This document shows, piece after piece, positions 13,741 through 26,881 of a DNA stretch of 64,000 nucleotides. Source of the DNA: the human T2T-CHM13v2.0 reference genome, Homo sapiens. Made by a program: the position numbers and the translations under genes. How positions within the stretch are numbered: position 1 is the stretch's first letter; every line of letters begins with the position of its first letter. Under the pieces are notes generated by a model. That model did no database searches. It had not been told where the DNA came from and worked only from the letters and a program-made list of their open reading frames with translations. The DNA lies in NCBI RefSeq assembly GCF_009914755.1, contig NC_060947.1. The stretch is one strand, 5' to 3'.

Positions 13741-13850
13741 TATTACTTTTGAAAAACATGGGGTCTCACTGTATAAGCTGGACTTGACATCCTGGGTTCA
13801 AGAGATCTTTCCATATCAGCATCCTGAGTAGCTGGGACTACAGATGTGTG
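13741..13850 (-). mobile_element. Alu monomer-like fragment (FLAM/FAM/AluJ)
   Basis: GGGGTCTCACT...CCTGGGTTCAAGAGATC...CCTGAGTAGCTGGGACTACAG. Confidence 0.75.
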
Positions 13851-14580
13851 AAAATTGCAATGAGATATTATCTTACACCAGTCAGATGGCTATTATTAAA
13901 AAGTAAAAAATAACAGATATTGGTGAGGATGTAGAGAAAAGGGAACTTTTATACACTGTTGGTGGGAATGTAAATTAGCACAGCCTCTATGGCAAACAGT
14001 ATGGAGAGTTTTCAAATAACTAAAAATGGAACTACCATTTAATGCAACAATCTCACTACTGGATATCTACCCAAAGGAAAATAAATCATTATATCAAAAT
14101 GATAGCCACACTTGTATGTATGTATATTGTAGCACTATTCACAATAGCAGAGATATGAAATCAACCTAAGTGTCTATAAACAGATGACTGGAAAAAGAAA
14201 ATGTGATACATAGACATGTAGAATACTATTCAGCCATGAAAAGGGTGAAATCACATCTTTTGCAACAACGTGGATGGAACTGGAGACCATTATTTTAAGT
14301 GAAACAAGTCAGACATGGAAAAACAAATACTACACTTTCCCACTTATAAGTGGGAACTAAATAATGTGTATACATGGTTGTAGAATATGGAATTATAGAC
14401 AATGGAGACTTAGAATGATAAGGGGATAGGAGGAGAGTGGATGATGAGAAGTTACTTAATTGGCATAATGTATGTTATTTGGGTGATGCGTACCCTAAAA
14501 GCTCTGACTTCAACACTGCAATCTGTGCATATAACAAAATAACACTTGAACCCCATAAATTTATACATATAACAAAGAGA
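13851..14580 (+). mobile_element. L1PB4-like 3' fragment
   Basis: 3'UTR GATGAGAAGTTACTTAAT...GGGTGATGCGTACCCTAAAAGCTCTGACTTCAACACT...CCCCATAAATTTATAC. Confidence 0.8.
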
Positions 14581-15168
14581 AAAATGTATATATGTAGGAA
14601 TATTATTCAGTCTTAAAAATACAGAAACCCTATCATTTGTGACAATATGGTTGTATCTGGAAGACATTATGCCAGTGAAACAGGGCAGCCACAGAAAGAG
14701 AACTACTACATAATTTCATTCACACGGATAGGATATCTACAACAGTTATACTCATAAAAGCAGCGAATAGAATGGTAATTGCCAGGGGCTAGAGTGAGGG
14801 GGGAAAAGGATAATTGTTGTTCAACAGGTATAAAATTTAAATTAAGCAAGATGAAAATGTTCTAGAAACGTGCTGTACAATATAGAGCCTATAGTTAACA
14901 ATATGGTATTGTACATTTGAATGTTGGCTAAGAAGGTGGATTGCATATTAATGGTCTTCACACACATATTCACACACACACAAACATACACAAACCACAA
15001 AGGGACACAAGGAAACTTTTGGAGGTTATGGATATGTTTATTACTTGATTATGGTGACAGTATAATGGATATATGCATATGTCCAAACTCATCAAATTGT
15101 ATACATTAAACACATACAGATGTTTTTGTATATCAATTAAAACTATATAGATATATAGACTTAAAAAA
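14581..15168 (+). mobile_element. Old L1 (L1MA9-L1MB-like) 3'UTR, second part
   Basis: Resumes the element interrupted at 13740. AATGGTAATTGCCAGGGGCT...GGAAACTTTTGGAGGTTATGGATATGTTTATTAC. Confidence 0.8.
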
Positions 15169-15364
15169 ACAGGAGCCATTTCTGAATGCTGATCACATTT
15201 TATCATGCTAGGCACAGCGAAGCATTCAAATCTATATAATACAAAGAGCTTGATTTTGATGATTTCATATTTTGGGAGCATCTTTTTATCAGATAGTTTT
15301 TAAAATAAGTGTCTAATTTTTTAACCGAGAAGACTGTTTATCTGGCTCTGTACTAAGAATTCTT

Positions 15365-15560
15365 CAATTTACCCAACAAATATTTATAAAGCATTTTTTG
15401 GACCCTGGGAATCGTGCTAGGTGCTCAAAGAAATTAGTTAATGAGTACTGTCATATATACTTCCCTTAAAATTCTCAGTCAGAGATGGAGCCAGACATGA
15501 AAATCATAGGAAAATATGTTGCACACACAATAGATGCAAAAGAAGAGATACTGAGGGCAA
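15365..15560 (-). mobile_element. L2 3'-end fragment
   Basis: CAACAAATATTTATAAAGCA...GTGCTAGGTGCT resembles the reverse-complemented L2 tail. Confidence 0.5.
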
Positions 15561-15654
15561 TGATGTTTGCAGAGAGGATGCAGGACTTTGTACAGTTCTT
15601 AGCATTGTATGCAGGCAGAAATATCAGGATAGGTAGAAAAGAGGATATTGTATA

Positions 15655-18600
15655 ATTTTTTTCTTCTAACTATCACTTTAGGTTCAGGGGTTACATGTGC
15701 AGGTTTGTTACATGGGCAAATCATGTGTCTTGGAGGTTTTGTGTACAGATTATTTTGTTACCCAGGTAGTAAACATAGTACCAGGTAGGTAATTTTACAA
15801 TTGTCACCCTAACCCCCCACCCCAAAGTAGCTCCTGGTGTCTATTATTTTCTTCTTTGTGTCCATGTGTACTCAGTATTAAACTCCCAATTATAAGTCAG
15901 AGCATGCGGTGTGTGATTTTCTGTTCCTGCGCTAACTTGCCTAGGATAATAGCCTCCAGGTTTATCCATGTTGCAGCAAATGATGTGATTTAATTTTTAT
16001 GGCTCTGTAGTATTTCATGGTATATATATACTACATTTTTTAAATCCATTCTACTTTTCATGGACATCTAGGTTGATTCCATGTCTTTGCTATTGTAAAG
16101 AGTGCTGTAATGAACATATACATGCATGTGTCCTTGTGTTAGATCAATTTATATTCCTTAGCATATACCTAGTAATGGGATTGCTAGATCAAATGGTGGT
16201 TTTAAGTTCTTTGAAAAATCTCCAATTGCTTGCCACAGTGGCTGAATTAATTTGCAATCTCACCAGCAGTGTATAAGCATTCTTCCTTCTCCATCATGTT
16301 GCCAGCATCTGTTATTTTTTGAGTTTTTAATAATAGCCATTCTGACTTGTGTGAAATGATATTTTATTGTGGTTTTGATTTGGATTTCTTTAATGATTAG
16401 TGATGTTGAACACTTTTTCATATGCTTATTTTCCACATATAAGTCTTCTTTTGAGAACTATCTGTTTGTATACTTTGCCAACTTTTAATTGGGTTGTTTG
16501 TTTTTTGCTTGCTGATATGTTAAGTTCCTTAACGACTTTTGATATTAGACTATTGTCATATACATAGTTTGCAAATATCTTCTCCTATTGTGTGGGTTTT
16601 CTGTTTGCTTGTTTGATGGCTTATTTTGCTGTTCAGAAGCTCTTTAGATTAACTAGTTCCCATTTGCCAATGCTTGTTGTTGTTGCAATTGCTTTTGGAG
16701 TCTTCATCATGAAACATTTGTTAGGGACTTTCTCAAGAATGGTATTTCCTAGTTTTTCTTCTAGGATTTTTATAGTTTTAGCTTATACATTTAATTCATC
16801 TTGAGATGACTTTTGTATATGATAAAAGGAGGGGGTCCAGTTTAAATCTTCTGTGTATAAATAACCAGTTCTCTTAGCACCATTTATTGAATAGGCAGTC
16901 CTTTCCCCATTGCATGTTAATGTCAACTTTGTCAAAGATAAGATGGTTGTATGTGTGTGTGTGGCCTTATTTCTGGGTTCGCTAACTTGTTAAATTGGTA
17001 TATGTGTCTGTTTTTATATCAGGACCATGCTGTTTTGGTAACTGTAGCCTTGTGGTGTAGTTTAAAGGCAGGTGGTGTGATGCCTTTAGTTTTGTTCCTT
17101 TTTATTGAGATTTGCTTTGGCTGTTCAGGCTCTTTTCTGCTCCATAAAAATTTTAGAATAGTTTTTTTCTAATTCTGTGAAAAAATGTCATATATAGTTT
17201 GGTGGGAAATCTGTAAATTGCTTTGGACGGTATGGCCATTTTAACAATATTGATTCTTCCTATCCAAGAGCATGAAATGTTCTTTCATTTGTTCATATCA
17301 TCTCCAATTTATTTGAGTACTTTTTATAATGCTCATTGTAGATTTTTCACCTCCCTGCTTAGCTATATTCCTATGTATCTTATTCTTTTTACAGCTATTG
17401 TGAACGGGATTTTGACCTTGATGTTGCTCTCAGCATGGATGTTATTTGTGTATAGAAATGCTATTGATTTTTGTACGTTGATTTTGTATCCTAAAACTTT
17501 GCTAAAGTTGTTTATCCAATTTAGGAGCCATTGTGCAGAGACTATGGAGTTCTTTAGGTATAAAATAACATCATCAGTGGAGAGCAACGGTTTGACTTCC
17601 TCTTCTCATATTTTGATGTTCTTTTATTTCTTTCCCTTGTCTGAAGGTTCTGGCTAGCATTTCCAGTAGTATGTTGAATAGGAGTGGTGACATGGGAATC
17701 ATTGTATTCTTCTGATTTTCAAGGGCAATGCTTCCAGCTTTTGCCCATTCAGTATAATGTTGGCTATGGGTTTTTCAAAGATGGGTCTTATTATTCTGAG
17801 GTATCTTCCTTCAATTCCTAGTGTGTTGAATGTTTTGAATATGAAAGGATTACAATTTCATTGAAAGCTTTTTTCTGTGTCTATTGAGATGGTCATTTAG
17901 TATTTGTTTTTAGTTCCAATTATGAGATGAATCACATTTATTCATTTGCATATTTTGAACCAACCTTGCAGCTCAGGGATAAAGACTATTTGATCATGGT
18001 GGCTTCACTATTTGATATCCTGCTAGATTCAGTTTGCAAGTGTTCTCTTGAGGATTTGTGTGTTTATATTCATCTGGGATATTGGCCTGAAGTTTTCTTT
18101 TTTCACGGTGTCTCTGCTAGGATTTGGTATCAGAATTATTCTGGCCCCATAGAATGAGGTAGGGAGAAGTCCCTTCTTCATTTTCTGGAATAATTCCAGT
18201 AAGATTGGTTCCAATTCTTCTGTATACATCTGATATAATTTGGTTGTGAATTCTTCTTGTCCAGGGCTCTTCTGGTTGGTAAGTTTTTATTACTGATTCA
18301 GTTTTTAAACTCATCATTGTTCTGTCCAGTTTTTCAGTTTCTCCCTGGTTCAATCTTGGGAAGTTTTATGTTTCCAGGAATTCATCAATTTAATTTAGGT
18401 TTCCTAGATTTGGGGCATAGAGGTGTAAGATCCTCAGAGGGTTTTTTGTATTTCTGTCGTGTTGGCAGCAATATTTCATTTTTCATTCCTAATTGTGTAT
18501 ATTTTTATGCTCTCTCTTGTTTCTTTATTAGTCTTGCTAGTGGACTATCAATCTTATTTATTCTTTCAAATAGCCAACTTTTTGTTTTCTTGATCTTTTT

Positions 18601-21600
18601 TTTGTGATTTTACACCTCCATTTTATTCAATTCAGCTATGATTTTGATTATTTCTTTTCTGCTAGCTTTGAGGTTAGTTTACTTTTGTTTCTCTAGTTCC
18701 TGTAGGTGTGGCTTTAGGTTGTTAATTTGAGAACTTTCTAACTTTTTAATGTGGGTGTTTAGTGCTATAAACTTTCCTCTTAACACTGCTTAGAGGAATG
18801 CTTAATTTCTAGCTGTGTCCAACAGATTATTGTATATTGGATATTTGTTTTTATTAGCTTCAAATAATTTCTCAGTTTCTGCTTTAATTTCATTGTTTAC
18901 TGAAAAGTCATTCAAGAGCAGGTTGTTTAATTTCCACATAATTGTATAGTTTTGAGAGACCTTGGTATTGATTTCTATTTTTATTGCACTGTGGTCTGAA
19001 AGTGTTGTTTGTATGACTATGGTATTTTTAATTTGTTGAGAATGCTTTATGGATGAGCATGTGGTTGATTTTAAAGTATGCACCATGTGAAAATTAGACA
19101 AATGTATATTCTACAGTTGTTGGGTGGATTGTTATGTAGATAGATGTCTGTTAGGTTCATTTGGTCAAAGAACAAGTTTAGGCCCCAAACATCTTTGTTA
19201 GTTTTCTGCCTCAATGGTTTATCAAATACTGTCAATGGGGTTTTGAAGTCTCCCACTATTTTTGTGTAGTTATCTAAGTCTCTTTTTAAGTCTACAAGAC
19301 TTACTTTCTGGATCTAGGTGCTCCAGTGTTGATTGCATACATACTTATGAGATTTGTCTTTTTGTTCAATTGAATTGAATCTTTTATTATTACATTATGC
19401 CCTTATTTGTATTTTTTAATTGTTATTGGATTAAAGTCTGTTTTGCCTGAAATAAGAATAGCAACTCCTGGTCTTTTGTTTTGTTTTGTTTTCCATTTGC
19501 TTGTGAGATCTTTGTCCATCTCTTTACTTTGAGCTTATGTTTGTCATTGCATGTAAGATTGGTCTCTTGAAGTCAGCATACAGTTGGGTCTTGCTTCTTT
19601 ACCCAACCAACTTGTCACACTGTACCTTTTAATTGGTGTGTTTAGCCCATTTACATTCAAGGTTAACACAAATATGTGCAGATTTGATCCTGTTATTTTG
19701 TGGCTAGCTAGATGCTTGCTATTTAGACTTGAATGTGTAGTTGCTTTAGAGTGTCAATGTTCTATGTATTTAAGGGTATTTTTTTCATGGTCAGTAACAG
19801 TCTTTTTTTCATGTTTAGCACTCCATTCAGGACATCTTTTAAGGCAGTTTTGATGGAAATGAGTTCCCTTCGCATCTGCTTATCTGAGTAAGATTTTATT
19901 TCTCCTTCACTTATGAAGTTTAGTTTGTCTCGATATGTAATTATTGGTTGGAATTTCTTTTCTTGAAAGATGTTAAATGTAGGCCACCAATCTCTTCTGA
20001 CTTGTAAATTTTCCTCTGAAAGTTCTGCTGTTAGCCTGATGGGGTTCCTCTTGTAGGTGACCTGCCCTTTCTCTCTGGCTGCCTTTAATATTTTTTTCTT
20101 TCATGTTAACCTCAGAGAATCTGAGGACTGTGTGCCTTGGAGAAGGCTGTCTTCTATAGTATCTCACAGGAGTTCTCTGAATTTTCTTAATATGAATGCT
20201 GACCTCTCTAGCAAGGTGAGGAAACTTTCATGGATAATATCTTCAATAATATTTTCCATGTTTCTTGCTCTCCCTCCCTTTCTTTCAGAGACCCCAATGT
20301 ATCATGAATTTGCTTTATTTATATAATCCCATATTTCTCAGAGGTTTTATTGATTTTTAACATTATTCTTTATTTTTGTCTGACTGAGTTGATTCAAATA
20401 GCTTACCATTAAGCTCTGAAATTATTTCTTCATCTTGGTCTATTTTGTTTTTCCTACTTCCTATTATATTATCAAATTCTTGTAGTGACTTTTTTAGCTC
20501 TATCACATCAGTCGGTTCTTTCTTAAACTTTATTTTGTCCTTCATCTCTTGAATCATTTTATTTCATTCCTTAGATTCCTTGGATTGAATTTCAACTTTC
20601 TTCTGCATTACAATAATCTTCCTTGACATCCAGACTCTGAATTCTATGTCTGTCATTTCAGCCATGTAAATCTGAGCAAGAATCATTTCTGGGGATATAG
20701 TGCAGTCGTTTGGTGGTAACAAGACACTCTTTTTAGAGTTGCCAGAGTTCCCATGCTGGCTGTTTCTCATCTGTGTGGGCCAATGTTCCTTTAATGTTTG
20801 AAATTTCTGTCCTTTGGATAGAACTTTTTGCTTCTATATTCTTTGGTGCCCTTGAGGGTTTGACTGTGGTAAAAGTTGGGTATAGTAAACTGGCTTCTTT
20901 TGTGGATTATTTTAGGGAACCAAGGCTCAGCTTAGCACTCCTGGGCTGTGTTCTCTTACCCTAGTAGGCAGGCTCATGGCTTTGTTTTCTGGCCCCTTGA
21001 TATTAATCACCTGCTGTGCTGTAGAGACCAATGTGTTCCTGGCCCACTGTGGACCACTGTTGTCCACTCAACAACAATTTGATGGAAGTGTTCCAGCTAA
21101 AACACTTTATTGTAGTAGTGGCAGTGGGATTCATAATTATGTATCCATGCCAGTGGTAGCAGGGCTGGGGGGTCCATATGCATGCATGCACACCAGTGGT
21201 GGCAAGGTAGTGAAACAGTAGGGTCTGTGCATATGCACAAAGTGGTGGTGGTGGAGCAACAGTGCATCAGGGTCTGCATATGTGCATGTGTGTTGATGGT
21301 AGTGGGGCACTATGCACATGTTCCACTGCACATGCAAGTGCATGCATACACTGGTGGCAGTGGGATAGCAAGGTTCACATATGCATGTGCTCCAGCAAAG
21401 TGGTGGAGGGAGGCTGTAGACAAGTGCATACCAGCAAAGCAGTGGGGGCAGACTGTGAGCAATACATGCTTTCCAAGGCCCATCTGTGAAAGCTCTCTGA
21501 TAGTCAGGCAGTATCTACCAGTGAAAGAGCTATGGCGTGGCTTCTGGGAAACACCCTTGTTGGGTTCTATAGCTGCACTTCAAGTTAGTTAAGCTGGGAA

Positions 21601-22039
21601 GGGACACTGGGAGAGGCTGGCAAATGTAGGGGGGGACAATCAGATCAAACAGAGCCCCACCCATGGATAAGATATCCCTGTACAGTCCAAGTCAAACAGT
21701 AAAAAATTGCCAAAGCCACCTAGAGGGGCATGGCAATTCTTAGGGGACAGATATTTCTGGCCCTGCTCCCCTGGAGCTGTTACTCCAACAAACCCAGTGG
21801 GCTTCACACGGTTGGAGTCCTGTTCCTGAAAACTGTCCAGCAGTGCTTCTTGCCAACTCATATTTCTATGGGGACTGTGGAGTGTTCTGCAGCTAGGATT
21901 CCAGAGGTCTGTGACAAGAGTGAAGCACTCCATGCCTATCTAACTCACCCCTTCCACAGGAGCCACTTGGGGCCAGGAATGAGTTCTGGTGCTTGACAAT
22001 TTTGTACCGGGTTCCCAGCTTCCTCCCTCTTAGGCTCAG
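15655..22039 (-). mobile_element. Near-full-length L1PA15/16-like element (3'UTR, ORF2, ORF1, most of 5'UTR)
   Basis: 3' end TTTAGGTTCAGGGGTTACATGTGCAGGTTTGTTACATGGG. ORF2 peptides ([25 protein letters not shown]). ORF1 N-terminus MRNSQHGNSGNSKK...MTDIEFRVWM at 20564-20770. 5'UTR 20771-22039. Confidence 0.93.
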
Positions 22040-22414
22040 TATATTAGTCCGTTCTCATGCTACTGAGAAAAACATACCTGAGACAGGGCAACTTACAAAA
22101 GAATGAGATTTAATTGGACTCACAGTTCCATGTGGTTGGGAGGCCTCTCAATCATGGAGGAAGGCAAGGAGGAGCAAGTCACATATTATGTAGATGGTGA
22201 CAGGCAAAGAGAGAGAGAGTTTGTGCAGAGAACCTCCTATTTTTTAAAATCATCAGAACACTTGAGACTAATTCACTATCATGAAAACAGCACAGGAAAG
22301 ATCTGCAACCATAATTCAATCACCCCCCACTGGGTTCCTGCCGTGACATGTGAGAATTGTGGGAGTTACAATTCAAGATGAGATTTGGGTGGGGACACAT
22401 CCAAAGACTAATCA
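22040..22414 (-). mobile_element. THE1 (C/D-like) 3' LTR
   Basis: TATTAGTCCGTTCTCATGC...GGAGTTACAATTCAAGATGAGATTTGGGTGGGGACAC...ATCA. Confidence 0.92.
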
Positions 22415-22562
22415 TTCTGCCCCTGGCCCTTCCCATATTTCATGTACTTACATTTCAAAATTAATCATGCCTTTCCAACAGTCCCCCAAACTTTTAACTC
22501 ATTTCAGCATTAACTTAAAAGTTCACAGTCCAAATTGTCATCCCAGACAAGGCAAGTCCCTT
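22415..22562 (-). mobile_element. THE1 internal fragment (PPT-proximal), truncated
   Basis: TTCTGCCCCTGGCCC...CAACAGTCCCCCAAA...GGCAAGTCCCTT is homologous to 51232-51380. Confidence 0.9.
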
Positions 22563-22574
22563 GACAAATGAAGT

Positions 22575-22825
22575 GAAAAAAATAAAATAAATGACAGAAG
22601 AAGGAGAAGGAGAAGGAAAAGAAAGAAGTGTTAGGAGGAGAAAGAAAGGGAAAAAAGACAAAAAAAGAAAGAAAGAAAAAAAAGAAAGAATGAAAAGAAA
22701 AGAAAGAAAGAAAAGAAAAGAAAAAAGAAAAGAAAAGAAAAGAGGTAGAAAGTTAAAAGGATGGGAGGGAGAGAATGAGGGAGGGAAAAAGGGAGGGAGT
22801 GTGGAAGGAAGGAAAAAAAAGACAA
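22575..22825. repeat. Polypurine (GA-rich) low-complexity tract
   Basis: About 250 bp nearly all A/G on the + strand, with (GAAAA)n, (GAAA)n and GGAGG units. Confidence 0.95.
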
Positions 22826-22888
22826 TGAACAAAATATATTTTAGAAAGGAGGAGAATGTGTGGCACATAGTGGGCATTGAATATATAC

Positions 22889-23307
22889 ATTTTTTATTAT
22901 TATTATACTTTAAGTTTTAGGGTACATGTGCACAATGTGCAGGTTAGTTACATATGTATACATGTGCCATGCTGGTGCGCTGCACCCATTAACTCGTCAT
23001 TTAGCATTAGGTATATCGCCTAATGCTATCCCTCCCCCCTCCCCCCACCCCACAACAGTCCCCAGAGTGTGATGTTCCCCTTTCTGTGTCCATGTGTTCT
23101 CATTGTTCAATTCCCACCTATGAGTGAGAATATGCGGTGTTTGGTTTTTTGTTCTTGTGATAGTTTACTGAGAATGATGATTTCCAATTTCATCCATGTC
23201 CCTACAAAGGACATGAACTCATCATGTTTTATGGCTGCACAGTATTCCATGGTGTATATGTGCCACATTTTCTTAATCCAGTCTATCATTGTTGGACGTT
23301 TGGGTTG
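22889..23307 (-). mobile_element. Young L1 (L1PA3-like) 3' fragment, about 420 bp
   Basis: TTATACTTTAAGTTTTAGGGTACATGTGCACAATGTGCAGGTTAGTTAC...CCCATTAACTCGTCATTTAGCATTAGG; retains CpGs. Inserted in an L2-tail-like motif (TGGCACATAGTGGGCATTGAAT.../GTTGAAT). Confidence 0.93.
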
Positions 23308-24677
23308 AATCAATAGACAGTGTCAAAAGTGTTCAAAATTCAAAAACAAACAAATGAAAAAAACTGGGAGAGTGAGAGTAGATAAAATTTATTAGAGCCT
23401 TTGGAAAGATAAGTTGGAAAGAAGGCTGGAATGGTGTGGTAAGGGTAGAGTAGGGAAGATGGAAAAAGAAGCAGTTTGGAGGAAGTTAGGAAGGAAAGGA
23501 ATGATGAGAGAGTAAAAATGATGCAAATTATGTGTTTTATATATTTGACTGGGAATAAAAGGTGATAAACTGATCAAGAATTTAGAATGTCAGGCAGAGA
23601 TTTTTGTTACCCATTTGTTTGTTATAGACAAAGGGGTCCTGAGACTGAGGACATAAACCAAAAAAAAGGCCATGGAACAAAAGATGAAAGATACGAGAAA
23701 AGAAGGGGCAATGGCTTATAAGAATTTGTTACCTAAACAATTTATAGATATAGCAGTGCCTTAATCTAAAGCAATAAAACCCAATGGTGGAATTTCAGAA
23801 AGTATGATAACCAGTTTGAAAAAGTGGGATACATTTATACAGCCTCAGATTAGAAATCTACTTCTCCTCCTTAAACCAATTATATCAGAGGCAATTGTCC
23901 TGGTTTGATTTTCTTTTGAAAAGACTGCATTGACTTGAAATGTGTATGTGAGGGATGAACAGGGAGCAGGGAAATTTGCCTTTGGAAATTAAGTTCTTAC
24001 TAAAATAGTTTTTATCTCTCGGAACAGTTAATCCTGGGAAAACTGGTTCTCAATGGTTCTCAGGACTCAACTGTTTTGGGGTTAATTCAGGAAATTCTAA
24101 ATACCAGAGAGGCCAAATTATTGCTTCAACTTTTGGGAAGAGGTGCCATTCTTGAACTTGCTAGATGGTGAGCTAAAATGAGGAGGATGATCTGAAGTCT
24201 TTTTACATAGACTTCCAATGTCATGCTCTTATGGGCTTGCTCTGTCCAGTAAATGGCACAGATCTCCATCCTCAGCGACCTCAGAAGTGCCAATGAAGAC
24301 TTATCAAAAGTATCACTTCCTGGGCCTGTGCATGTCTCAGATGCAGGTTCACTGTTGATCTTACCCATAGATATTAGTCAATGTCTGCATTAATGACCCT
24401 TCTGGGTCAACCTCAAGAGAGCCACAGAACTTGTTTTTCTTCTCTTCAATCCTGACCTGACCCCTCTATTAGCCTTACTTTAAGCCAGGAGAGCTCCTAC
24501 TACAGAAAAAGGGGATGAGTCACTGAGGGCCAGGAACAAGACTAGATCTCTTTAGTGTCAAAGGAAGACATAACATGCCCTGTGAAGTCTATTGTTTTCT
24601 AAAAATCTTGTATCATCAGATAATATCTTGAAAGCTAACTTTCCTTTCATAGCAGAGAGAAACATTGAGAGTACCCA

Positions 24678-24822
24678 GGTATAAAATGCTTGAGGGGATG
24701 GAGACTCAATTTTTCATGACTTGAGTATTATGCATTACATGCCTGTATCAAAATATGTCTTGTATACCATAACTATATACAACTACTAAGTACCCACAAA
24801 AAATAAAAATAAAAATAAAATT
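24678..24822 (+). mobile_element. L1MA1-3 extreme 3' fragment
   Basis: AAATGCTTGAGGGGATGGA...GCCTGTATCAAAATAT...GTACCCACAAAAAATAAAAAT. Confidence 0.8.
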
Positions 24823-25039
24823 GTAGCATGAATTGCTAAAAAAAAGAGGTTCTATAAGATCCTATACCAATTATATGCCGAAACTAACAGGGATATTGGG
24901 GTCCTCCATTTTATGTGGAGGTAAACTGATAGTAGATGGCTACTGTGATTTGCTTAAGGTCACAAAAGATCATAATCAGTGCAAATCATTTGACTAATAC
25001 ACTATCCAAGTAATACATTTCATTTTGCCTCTGGGGTTG

Positions 25040-25345
25040 CAGACAAGTTCCCTGCTGCAATGAAATCTGTGTGGGTATACATAAACTAATAAATACATTA
25101 ATATATGATGTAATATAAAGTCACATAATAGTAAGTTTCATGAAGAAAGTAAAACAGGATAAGGAGATAGTTTGTGCAGAGTATGTATTTGCTTTCATTT
25201 TGGTTGTTCAGAAAAGTACTCTGAAGAAGTGACATTTTGAGTAGTGGACTGGATAATTTATCAGAGCTGTAGTCTTAAGGGAAAATGTTGCAGTCATAGA
25301 CAAAGCAAGGGTAAAGGCCCCGGGATGGAAAGAGGATTAGTATTT
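25040..25345 (-). mobile_element. L2 fragment
   Basis: CTCTGAAGAAGTGACATTTTGAG...AAAGCAAGGGTAAAGGCCC. Confidence 0.5.
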
Positions 25346-25477
25346 GGTTTTTATTAACAATACTTAGTGACTTCTATAGGGTAGAGCACTCCAAATGTTT
25401 CAATTTAACTCAATGAAATTCAATTAACCAGTTAAGTAGAATTTAGTGCCGAATAAGTATTAAGAAATTATTTATTA

Positions 25478-26042
25478 TTCAAAGGCCTAAAAACAGAACT
25501 ACCATTCAACCCAACAATCCCATTACAGGGTATTTACCCAAAGGAATATAAATCATTCTATTATAAAGACATATACATGCATATGTTCATTATAGCACTA
25601 TTCACAATAGCAAAGACATGGAATCAAGTAAATGCTCACCAATGATAGACTTGATAAAGAAAATATGGTACATATGCACCATGGAATACTATGCAGCCAT
25701 AAAAAAGAATGAGATCATGTCTTTTGGAGGAACATGGATAGAGCTGCAGGCTGTTATCCTTAGCAAACTAATACAGGAACAGAAAGCCAAATACTACGTT
25801 CTCACTTATAAGTGGCAGCTAAAAGATGAGAACACATGGACACATAGAGGGAAACAACACACTCTGGGGCCTATCAGAGGGTGGAGGATGGGAGGAGGGA
25901 GAGGATCAGAAAAATTAGCTAATGGGTACTAGGCTTAATACCTGGGTGATGAAATAATCTGTACAACAAACCCCATAACACAAGTTTACATATATAACAA
26001 ACCTGCAAACATACCCTTGAAATTAAAATAAAAGTTAAATTT
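25478..26042 (+). mobile_element. L1PA13-15-like 3' fragment
   Basis: PMIDLIKKIWYICTMEYYAAIKKNE peptide. GGGTACTAGGCTTAATACCTGGGTGATGAAATAATCTGTACAACAAACCCC...AAATAAAAGTT. Confidence 0.9.
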
Positions 26043-26881
26043 TTAAGAAAGTAATTACTTGTATAAAACACTTGTGCTATGAATGTTTGACATAATCCTT
26101 GCATTTGAGTAATTCCCAATTTGGTGGAGATTTATACACAAATGACTATGATAGAAGGCAGAAAAGTAATTTTGCCATAAAACAAGTCCAGATAAAAGAT
26201 TCTTAGAATTTTAAGACAGAAGATATTATTTTCTGTTGGGGAATCTGTCTAACCTTCATAAATAAAAAGGAACCCAAAGAAAGCATATGAAAATGTGAAG
26301 GATTTAGACTAGCAAAGACAGGGAGGGAAGGTAGAACAGGGCATTCTAGGTGGAAAGAATGGCCAAAGAAAGGCCTAAAATTTGAGATTCTGAACGCAGT
26401 GAGAGCTCAGTATTTTGAGTAGGTTTAAGAGCTCAGACCTTTGCTTTAAAGACAACAGTAAATTATGACAGAAAATGGTACTAAACTTGACCACTTCAGC
26501 TACAGCTATCTATTGACGTGGGTTTGAAGCCTTCTCTAGAAAAAAAGAGCTGAAAATTCTCACAATTCACCTTGACCTTGGTAGAATTTCTCCCATTAAC
26601 AGTCTTGTCTCACCTCAGGAAAATAGTGACAGTTCAAAATGTCCCAATGGATACTTGAATTACATAGAATTAAAGAAGGTGGAATGAAATAAATAATGAG
26701 TAATAGAATTTGTTATAGTTGATAAAGTAGAACAATCATTAAAAATGCTATATTATGAATATTTAGTTAGGATGTTTTTTAGTTAGGAGTTTTAAAAAGT
26801 ACAAGTCCAATCACAGTAGCATAGTAATCTGATGGGCATAATTATTCAAACAAAAGATAAATAAAGATGCATTCTATACAA

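Noticed and set aside
22515-22920. Lys/Arg/Glu-rich and Phe/Ser/Leu-rich ORFs
   Set aside because: Both are readings of the polypurine tract.
24126-24368. 80-aa ORF in unique sequence as a possible exon or pseudogene
   Set aside because: No recognisable domain or convincing splice-site pair; the length is within chance expectation.
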